IMG/VR virus record: IMGVR_UViG_3300044614_001780
Source: a virus
Reading direction: 5' to 3' (one strand)
DNA: 64,000 nt
Under the pieces are notes generated by a model, which ran no database searches, had not been told where the DNA came from, and saw nothing but the letters and a program-made list of their open reading frames with translations. Of the stretch, positions 57,800-64,000 are shown piece by piece (position 1 is the first letter of the stretch; every line of letters begins with the position of its first letter). The position numbers and the translations under genes are program-made.

Positions 57800-58495
57800 T
57801 TAATTAAGTTTACTGTTAACAAACTCTCTAATGTATTTTGCGAGCAACTTAATATATTTTTGTTTATCGTACTCTTCATAGACAATACATTCTCCATTTT
57901 CACATGCCATTAAAATTACTAATTTTTTAACTGGTATTTCAGTTAACTCATAAAACATGCAGGCATATGCCGCACATTGGACAAAATAATGCTCAATCCA
58001 TTCAATTGGTTTTGGTTTTTTAGAAGTTTTAAAGTCTATAATTGCCAATTCACCATTATATTCAGCAATACAGTCTACAGTACCAGCAACTCCAAGTACT
58101 TTACTGTAAAGAGAACTCTCTAAAGCATGAATATTATTTATCTTATTCAACTCTGGTTTTGCAATCTTGAATAAAAATTCTGATAATGGTTGAACTTTAG
58201 GCAGTTCTGGAATATTATAAAGATAATTTTCAACCAGACTGTGCATATCAGTTCCACGACTAGTTGCTTGTCGTGTAATCTTATCTGCCTTTTCTTCTCC
58301 AACTTTTTTTCTCCAATCAGCAAAAAATTGCCTATTTTTAAAAGAAGTTACTGAAGTAATGGAAACAAATCGTAGCAGTTCTTCTTTGTCTGGGATTTTA
58401 TAATAACGAACCCCATCAATCATTTCCCTTTCTAATTTGGGTAGGTTTAAATCAATGTGACTAAACCTACCATCAAGTTTTAAATTATCATCCAT
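57800..58495 (-). CDS. PD-(D/E)xK exonuclease (Cas4-like)
   Basis: SITSV...RGTDMH...AGTVDCIAEY...IIDFKTS...QCAAY. Confidence 0.88.
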   Translation of the reverse strand: MDDNLKLDGRFSHIDLNLPKLEREMIDGVRYYKIPDKEELLRFVSITSVTSFKNRQFFADWRKKVGEEKADKITRQATSRGTDMHSLVENYLYNIPELPKVQPLSEFLFKIAKPELNKINNIHALESSLYSKVLGVAGTVDCIAEYNGELAIIDFKTSKKPKPIEWIEHYFVQCAAYACMFYELTEIPVKKLVILMACENGECIVYEEYDKQKYIKLLAKYIREFVNSKLN

Positions 58496-59249
58496 TCAAA
58501 CCAGATTCCATTTTTGCAATCAGATATTCTTTAACAAGTCCAGAACGAACAATGTCATCAATACCAAACTCAATTATATCAAAAGAAGGCATTTTTCTCA
58601 AGATATCCATAAAATCACTAATTCCATTCCTTTCATTTGATTTTGTTAAATCAGATTGAGATGCGTCACCACAGAACATGATTTTAGAATCTTCACCAAC
58701 ACGAGTGATGATTGAATCCAATTCATGAAAATTCATGTTTTGAAACTCATCTACAATAATGATTGAATTATCTAAAGTAGTACCACGAACAAATGATGTA
58801 CTCCAGAATTTAACTGTTTCTTGCTGCTTTAGATTACCATAAAGCATTTCAAAATCAGTTTCTGTTGGAAGTTGGAACATGTATTTAACCATGTTCTTAT
58901 ATGGAATCTGATAAAGTGAAGACTTATCTTCATGATCTCCAGGAAGGAATCCAATTTCCCTTGTTGCTACCAGAGAACGGACAATATAAATTTGTTCATA
59001 TGGTGTAATTTCATTCAAAACTTCTTTCAATGCATTATATAAAGTAATAAAAGTTTTTCCTGTTCCAGCAGCACCATAAGCCACCAAATGTTTTCCCTTT
59101 GAATATGAATCAAAAAGTTTCTTTTGATTCTCTGTTAATGGTTCAATATCAATTAAAAGATCAGCATTGAGAGGTCTTTTCCTTCTCATCTGTTTTGCAG
59201 TCATGCCAACTCCAATTGGTTGGTCGGGATTTCTTCTTTTTCTTGCCAT
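58488..59249 (-). CDS. phoH: PhoH-family ATPase
   Basis: GAAGTGKT, REIGFLPG, RGTTL, DEFQN, GDASQSD, DIVRSG. Confidence 0.96.
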   Translation of the reverse strand: MARKRRNPDQPIGVGMTAKQMRRKRPLNADLLIDIEPLTENQKKLFDSYSKGKHLVAYGAAGTGKTFITLYNALKEVLNEITPYEQIYIVRSLVATREIGFLPGDHEDKSSLYQIPYKNMVKYMFQLPTETDFEMLYGNLKQQETVKFWSTSFVRGTTLDNSIIIVDEFQNMNFHELDSIITRVGEDSKIMFCGDASQSDLTKSNERNGISDFMDILRKMPSFDIIEFGIDDIVRSGLVKEYLIAKMESGLNG

Positions 59250-59497
59250 TAAATTTTTCCTACACGAGCTCCAGGCATTTTCGATGCTCTTTGCAGAACT
59301 TCATTCCACCCTGGTTTTGATTTTGCAAGTTTGTCTTTCCATTCACCAACTTCACCACTTCCAGGGCAAGTTGATGGGTCAGACCAGTCTCTATCCCAAT
59401 CTGGGTTATCTTTTTTCCACTGGTCCCATTCGTGAACACTCATTTTCACTTCTTTTTGTTCACCAGTTTCTTTATGAATAACAGGATAAGTCGCCAT
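59249..59497 (-). CDS. Conserved cyanophage protein upstream of phoH
   Basis: MATYPVIHKETGEQKE...GWNEVL. Confidence 0.75.
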   Translation of the reverse strand: MATYPVIHKETGEQKEVKMSVHEWDQWKKDNPDWDRDWSDPSTCPGSGEVGEWKDKLAKSKPGWNEVLQRASKMPGARVGKI

Positions 59498-59523
59498 AAG
59501 TTATGAAATCACCATATTAATAT

Positions 59524-60213
59524 TTATTCTATAATAATTGAGGGGGCATCTGAGCATTCTGGGCAATTTTCACGAGTCCACCCAAGTGCTTCGGATACTG
59601 CAGGAAACTGACATGTAAAAATACACTTAACAGCATTTGCAATATCCATGTGTTCTTTTTGGGTGCCATGCCCAGAACGCAAATCAATATAATGGATCCA
59701 TGACCTTACCGAACCCGTCATATAGAGTCTTGTAGGAGTTGCTAGGGGCAATACAAACCTTGCACACTCCTTTGCAATTCCAGCATCAAGCATTTGTTGA
59801 TACAGATCCATTGAATGTTTAAAATGGTCCTGCATCAAAATTTGAAACTTTTGAACAATAAATGGATCAACATCATCAATACTGTTTTGACGATTTTTGT
59901 CGTCTTGACGACGAAGTTCTGGCACAGGAATAGAATTCCCAAGCAAAGAACTATCAGCATATCTTTGTGAAAATTCTTGATATGTAAATGAACGGTGGCG
60001 CAAAATTTGAGCTGCTATACCTCTTGTGGTATTAATCTCAACAGTCATTGAAGCTTGTTCAAAGATACTCCAATGCTGATGTTGAATACAGTATTTAAGG
60101 AGTCCAGAAAACTTTTCATTTTCTTGGTTTGCTGGATTTGAAACACGAGCACAGTATGCCATGTGCTTCTCTGCATCTGGTGTTACTGAAATAAGTTTAA
60201 CAAGTTGTGTCAT
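59524..60213 (-). CDS. thyX: Flavin-dependent thymidylate synthase
   Basis: HWSIFEQ...[17 protein letters not shown]...ARFVLP; likely start MTQLVKL. Confidence 0.96.
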   Translation of the reverse strand: MTQLVKLISVTPDAEKHMAYCARVSNPANQENEKFSGLLKYCIQHQHWSIFEQASMTVEINTTRGIAAQILRHRSFTYQEFSQRYADSSLLGNSIPVPELRRQDDKNRQNSIDDVDPFIVQKFQILMQDHFKHSMDLYQQMLDAGIAKECARFVLPLATPTRLYMTGSVRSWIHYIDLRSGHGTQKEHMDIANAVKCIFTCQFPAVSEALGWTRENCPECSDAPSIIIE

Positions 60214-60214
60214 A

Positions 60215-60397
60215 TTAGTCTGGGTATCCATCATCATCTTCAAAAATTTCGTCGTAATCATGTAAACTTCTTGATTGTTTTTCAATTAAGTTTACGTTTT
60301 CTGTATAAGAATTTACATCAGAATAAACTTCTACCTTTAATGAGTCAACCAAAAGTTCTAAGTTTCTAATAATTAATTTTAATTTATCTTTGTCCAT
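60215..60397 (-). CDS. Hypothetical cyanophage protein
   Basis: [27 protein letters not shown]. Confidence 0.7.
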   Translation of the reverse strand: MDKDKLKLIIRNLELLVDSLKVEVYSDVNSYTENVNLIEKQSRSLHDYDEIFEDDDGYPD

Positions 60398-60417
60398 TTG
60401 GATAAATTCTTTCTATC

Positions 60418-60453
60418 ATTTTACATAAAAAAGGGGGGAAAGTCAATCCCCCC
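60418..60453 (-). terminator. Intrinsic terminator overlapping a sigma70-like promoter
   Basis: GGGGGGA-TTGACT-TTCCCCCC-TTTTTT; TTGACT-17-TAAAAT. Confidence 0.75.
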
Positions 60454-60459
60454 AGAGCA

Positions 60460-60561
60460 TCAAACAACTTGTGGTTGCTTTGCCATATTCAGTTGTGCAT
60501 TGTGAAGGAGTTGTTCCTTCTTTGCTTTTTTCTTAAGATAACGAACGAAGTAAGTATTCAT
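60460..60561 (-). CDS. Small basic peptide (33 aa) coupled to the DUF4278 gene
   Basis: MNTYFVRYLKKKAKKEQLLHNAQLNMAKQPQVV; AAGGAGG RBS, ATGA overlap. Confidence 0.7.
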   Translation of the reverse strand: MNTYFVRYLKKKAKKEQLLHNAQLNMAKQPQVV

Positions 60562-60695
60562 TTGTGCCCCTCCTTTACAAATTTAACACCACGATAGGTT
60601 TCGTTGTATTGTTGAGGTTGTTGCATCATCTGTTGTTGATATTCTAAACGCTTTTGCGTATCATATTCAACACCACGGTATACGACTTTAGACAT
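60558..60695 (-). CDS. DUF4278-family peptide (45 aa, IF17 N-terminus-like, Gln-rich)
   Basis: MSKVVYRGVEYDTQKRLEYQQQMMQQPQQYNETYRGVKFVKEGHK; two YRGV motifs; AAGGAG RBS. Confidence 0.85.
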   Translation of the reverse strand: MSKVVYRGVEYDTQKRLEYQQQMMQQPQQYNETYRGVKFVKEGHK

Positions 60696-60726
60696 TAGGG
60701 TTCTCCTTAGTTTTTAAGTTAAAGAG

Positions 60727-60768
60727 CGTTCCTTCAGTCGGCTTTTGCGTCCTCTAAGAGGATGAACG
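60727..60768 (-). ncRNA. Glutamine riboswitch aptamer 2 (glnA-type)
   Basis: CGTTCA-TCCTC-TTA-GAGGA-CGCAAAAG-CCGA-CT-GAAGGAACG: P1 CGTTC/GAACG, P2 and short P3. Confidence 0.8.
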
Positions 60769-60771
60769 TTC

Positions 60772-61025
60772 CGTTCCGAGTCGGCTTACTTCCGTCCTAT
60801 TGAATTGTTTAGCACTTAAGTTTCACAACATCCTTTCGGAGTTCTAATAGCAATCGGTCTTCTTTTCTCTGGTCTACTACATCGTCGTTTTTAACGATGT
60901 CCATTAGTTCCCACGCTGCGTCACAACTTATTGTCACTTGATTAGATATAGCAAATTGTGTCGTAGAAATAAAAAGAAGTGGAACCCATGCTAAAAGCAA
61001 AAGTGCTTTAGTCATAGGATGAACG
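60772..61025 (-). ncRNA. Glutamine riboswitch aptamer 1 (glnA-type), P2 loop interrupted by an ORF
   Basis: 5' half CGTTCATCCTAT (61025-61014); 3' half ATAGGA-CGGAAGTAAG-CCGA-CT-CGGAACG (60800-60772). Confidence 0.7.
60809..61015 (-). CDS. Small two-Cys protein with hydrophobic N-terminus, embedded in the riboswitch
   Basis: 68 aa; ungapped similarity to 16954..17127. Confidence 0.7.
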   Translation of the reverse strand: MTKALLLLAWVPLLFISTTQFAISNQVTISCDAAWELMDIVKNDDVVDQRKEDRLLLELRKDVVKLKC

Positions 61026-61072
61026 TTAGGGGATTATTTTACCCCTAGTTACCATATATATCCAAACACTTT

Positions 61073-61088
61073 TGTAAAATATGATACA
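61073..61088. promoter_or_regulatory. NtcA-consensus box
   Basis: TGTA-AAATATGA-TACA with TTT/AAA flanks, upstream of the riboswitch. Confidence 0.55.
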
Positions 61089-61103
61089 AAATTTAATTTT
61101 GTA

Positions 61104-61292
61104 TCAATCGAGTTCCTTTTCCTTTTTATCCATTTGCATTACTTCATACAAAGGAGTTTTTTGGAATTTTTTAATTTTCTTATAATCTTTTATTACTTTT
61201 TTTAATTCTGATTCATTCAATTGAACGTTTAACTGATGTTCAAATTCTTTTTTAAGTTCTTTTCTAAGAACATCTTCAAATTTTTCTTTCAT
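61104..61292 (-). CDS. Hypothetical protein
   Basis: ATGA-coupled charged ORF. Confidence 0.55.
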   Translation of the reverse strand: MKEKFEDVLRKELKKEFEHQLNVQLNESELKKVIKDYKKIKKFQKTPLYEVMQMDKKEKELD

Positions 61293-61546
61293 TTTTTCTT
61301 TTTGTTAGAAACCTTTGGTTCAATATTCCAAAGTTTTGGATTTGCTCTTCCTTCAGATTGTTTAAATGATAACAATCCATCCCTATACCTATCCCAATAG
61401 TAATCAAAAATATCTATTTTTTTATTTGTTAATACAAGATCATACTTTTTTACTTCATCATCGATATAATTAACAAGATATGTATTGTAAGGTAAACTTC
61501 TATCATTTGCTATTTCTGGACTACAATCTTGATGAAGTATTTTCAT
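61289..61546 (-). CDS. Hypothetical cyanophage protein
   Basis: MKILHQDC...DIFDYYWDRY...GRANPKLW. Confidence 0.7.
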   Translation of the reverse strand: MKILHQDCSPEIANDRSLPYNTYLVNYIDDEVKKYDLVLTNKKIDIFDYYWDRYRDGLLSFKQSEGRANPKLWNIEPKVSNKKKK

Positions 61547-62124
61547 TATCCTCTTCCACCCCAAGTAATGTCAGGATATGCTTGAGATACTATCTCTTTG
61601 GTAATTTTATATTTTTCTTGAAGTTTTTTATCTTTACACAAACAAATAATTTCTGATTCTAGAGGATGCATACCCTCCAAAAGATTAATAAAGATATTTT
61701 CTCTTCGCAGAGAACTCAAAGAGTCATTACCACCTTTGATGAAATTATAAAACTTTGTATATTCAGTCCTAATTGCTGTATGTTTTTGATCAGATGCACC
61801 AATAGAACTTGAACTCAAATCCCCCATTGTATCAACTGCCTGCTGAATTCTTTCAGTCATGGTTGAAGTCTTAAAATCATTATCACCAAAATATGGAACT
61901 TCACCTGGGGGAAGCATTGAAATTATACTTTCATCAAAGTTCCAAATAAAAATTGCCTTTAAAGACTCGTGTTCATATTCTTTTAGGATTTCCACTTTTT
62001 TTGCATTGCTTCTTTGTTTAGAAACAAGTTGAAGCACTTCAAAGGCAAATGGTTTTGGTGGCAATTTTACTGCTTTTGGTTCAGTCTTCGTCTTCGTCTT
62101 CGTCGTAGTCATGGTCATTTTCAA
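61546..62124 (-). CDS. Conserved T4-like phage protein
   Basis: WNFDE...LPPGEVPY...RRENIFINLLEGMHPLE. Confidence 0.75.
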   Translation of the reverse strand: MKMTMTTTKTKTKTEPKAVKLPPKPFAFEVLQLVSKQRSNAKKVEILKEYEHESLKAIFIWNFDESIISMLPPGEVPYFGDNDFKTSTMTERIQQAVDTMGDLSSSSIGASDQKHTAIRTEYTKFYNFIKGGNDSLSSLRRENIFINLLEGMHPLESEIICLCKDKKLQEKYKITKEIVSQAYPDITWGGRG

Positions 62125-62308
62125 ATCGTACTGCTATTATTTCATCTGGAATAATATTCCCATTATTATCAAACATTTCTGGATGAGTATATACCTGCAT
62201 CTGCTGAGTGCTGTATACATGCTGTTTTGTTAGCCAACCAATTACTCCACCTACCAATAAAAATAAAAAAGAAACTAAAGAAAAAATTGTGAGTTCTGCT
62301 GCTAACAT
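62081..62308 (-). CDS. Hypothetical membrane protein
   Basis: TM helix, then HPEMFDNNGNIIPDEIIAVRFE. Confidence 0.7.
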   Translation of the reverse strand: MLAAELTIFSLVSFLFLLVGGVIGWLTKQHVYSTQQMQVYTHPEMFDNNGNIIPDEIIAVRFENDHDYDEDEDED

Positions 62309-62330
62309 TGTTATTCCTCCGAGAGAACTA

Positions 62331-62513
62331 TTACTTTTCAGATATAGAAAATTTTAAATCTATTGTAATTTCTCTCTTAAGGAGAGAAATTGTCTTACAA
62401 AAATTAAACACTTTTTGTTTAATTTTTGGACTCTCTTTTTCCCTCCTTTTTCGAAGTAGTAACTCAACACCTCGGTTAATACCAGGATGCTCTGAATTAT
62501 TTATAGGGCACAT
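62331..62513 (-). CDS. Hypothetical protein
   Basis: INRGVELLLR motif; codirectional. Confidence 0.5.
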   Translation of the reverse strand: MCPINNSEHPGINRGVELLLRKRREKESPKIKQKVFNFCKTISLLKREITIDLKFSISEK

Positions 62514-62750
62514 TTAGATCAAGTTATTTTCTACCATATATTTTACTGCGTCTGTACATCCCCCTATATTTTTTTCATCCAAAACTACTTGGGGAAATGT
62601 TGCACCAACACCAAATTTTTCATAAAATTCATCACGAACAAAATCAACATCAAGTTCATTTAAAGTATACTCGATATTTCTTTGTTCAAGTACAGATTTT
62701 ATTTTGTCACAATATGGACAACCAGTTCTACTATAAACAGTTATATTCAT
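62514..62750 (-). CDS. nrdC: Glutaredoxin
   Basis: CPYC, TFPQV, IGGCTD. Confidence 0.93.
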   Translation of the reverse strand: MNITVYSRTGCPYCDKIKSVLEQRNIEYTLNELDVDFVRDEFYEKFGVGATFPQVVLDEKNIGGCTDAVKYMVENNLI

Positions 62751-63127
62751 AAAACTTTATTCCTTCTTGGTTTATATTTGTATAAATTTAAATTTTGAGT
62801 TAAAAGTTGTCTCTGCCAACTTATTATAGCACTATGTCTTTCCTCTGTAAAGAACTTTTGTCTGGAAAACCACTGTTCCCATTGTTCATGCCCCTTTGAC
62901 CTATTACATTTTACACAACAACATAGGACGTTTGTTATGTGGTCATTTCCTCCAAGGGATTGTGGGACAATATGATCAATTGATAACTCTTCAGTTTTTG
63001 TTCCACAATAAGCACACTGGTGATTCCATTTGTCTTTTATTGAATTCCTCCACATTTTTTTTGCTTCATTTGGAGAACAAGTATGCAAATGATACAAAAA
63101 ATCTTGTGGTGAATTTAAGATTTCCAT
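62747..63127 (-). CDS. HNH endonuclease
   Basis: CAYCG...IDHIVPQSLGG...NVLCCCVKCNRSKG. Confidence 0.92.
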   Translation of the reverse strand: MEILNSPQDFLYHLHTCSPNEAKKMWRNSIKDKWNHQCAYCGTKTEELSIDHIVPQSLGGNDHITNVLCCCVKCNRSKGHEQWEQWFSRQKFFTEERHSAIISWQRQLLTQNLNLYKYKPRRNKVL

Positions 63128-63133
63128 AGATTC

Positions 63134-63742
63134 TTACTCTGGTAGATTGTTATCGTTTAAATGAAGCCAACTAGTGGCAATATATTTTTCACCAGATAGT
63201 GGTGGATTTCCTCGATGAGTATGAGTCCACTGAACAGGAAAAATAACAACTCTTCCTTCTCTTGGTTTAACCCTTCTACTTTGATAAAGAAATTCCGTTT
63301 CTCCTCCATCTAGAACATCATTTAAATAAACCATTGTTGTTAGATGCCTTGTATATGTCAGGAAATTATTTGATTTTTCCCAATGAAAATTGTGAAACCC
63401 CTCCGATTTTTCTGTTCTTTGTATATTCACAGTGTACTGAACACAATTAATGTCATGCAAAACTTGATATTGCTTTGCGTATTCCCTTAAACAAAAGTTC
63501 ATCAAATCATTATATTTTTCCAAGATTAAAACATCAGCATTGATTCTATATGATTCAATGCCAACGAATAAAACTTCATCCAGAACACTATTTTTTCTGG
63601 AACCATAATCTCTTCTAAATGTATTATTAGTTTGTTTTAAAAACTTAAAATAATCAATAAATTCTTTTCCTTTAAAGTCAGTATCAAATACACCGATAAA
63701 ATCACTAACATCAGATTTAAAAATATTAAAATTATTTTCCAT
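63134..63742 (-). CDS. 2OG-Fe(II) oxygenase
   Basis: FHWE...YLNDVLDGGETEF...FPVQWTHTHRGNPP...KYIATSW. Confidence 0.9.
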   Translation of the reverse strand: MENNFNIFKSDVSDFIGVFDTDFKGKEFIDYFKFLKQTNNTFRRDYGSRKNSVLDEVLFVGIESYRINADVLILEKYNDLMNFCLREYAKQYQVLHDINCVQYTVNIQRTEKSEGFHNFHWEKSNNFLTYTRHLTTMVYLNDVLDGGETEFLYQSRRVKPREGRVVIFPVQWTHTHRGNPPLSGEKYIATSWLHLNDNNLPE

Positions 63743-63855
63743 AAATAAAATCTTTTTTATCATTATACAGCAAATGCCCCAAACACCAAAGTGTAAGGGG
63801 CAAATTTTTGGGGTTTTTTATTGTTCATAAAAAACATCTAACACATAATTATATA

Positions 63856-64000
63856 TTAAGTATTTTTATTTTTATATTTTTTCTCGCAAAGCATCCTACC
63901 CCAAGCACGATTCATACCGTTTAAGTATGAGCATATTTTATTAGTTTCACCACAATATGGGCATTTTGCTCCTGGTGGGTCACTAAAATATCCGTATTCA
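63856..64000 (-). CDS. Partial small Cys-rich protein (3' end)
   Basis: ...DPPGAKCPYCGETNKICSYLNGMNRAWGRMLCEKK. Confidence 0.5.
   Translation of the reverse strand, partial: EYGYFSDPPGAKCPYCGETNKICSYLNGMNRAWGRMLCEKKYKNKNT

Noticed and set aside
57800-58495. Cas4-like nuclease as evidence of CRISPR-Cas
   Set aside because: It is a standard stand-alone exonuclease next to phoH in T4-like phages; there is no array or other cas gene.
62747-63127. HNH gene as an intron-encoded homing endonuclease
   Set aside because: The flanking genes are intact and no group I intron elements were seen; it is treated as a free-standing HNH gene.

Overview
This window is a 64 kb segment of a T4-like cyanomyophage genome, AT-rich and almost entirely encoded on the minus strand. 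Left to right it contains: (1) a partial Dam-family methyltransferase coupled to a PD-(D/E)xK-like gene, plus three tRNAs (Leu-UAA, Ile-UAU, Met-CAU); (2) an array of basic, modular proteins with T4-like capsid-targeting N-termini; (3) an accessory region with pebS, talC, a denV-family glycosylase, a 2OG-Fe(II) oxygenase, an RlpA-like protein and many small ORFs; (4) the cobS/VWA-peptidase pair; (5) a large tail-fibre/baseplate module including gp5, cp12, M23/SGNH and lytic transglycosylase hub proteins, gp51, gp26, gp4, gp2, gp48 and a split gp53; (6) gp32, gp59, gp33, an exonuclease, phoH, thyX, glutaredoxin and an HNH gene. The most striking structure is at about 60460-61090. It is a tandem glnA-type glutamine riboswitch whose first aptamer is interrupted by a complete 68-codon ORF in its P2 loop, with the start codon inside the stem. 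An NtcA-consensus box lies upstream, and a Gln-rich DUF4278 (IF17-like) peptide lies downstream. All family assignments are from motif recognition by eye; no database searches were run.
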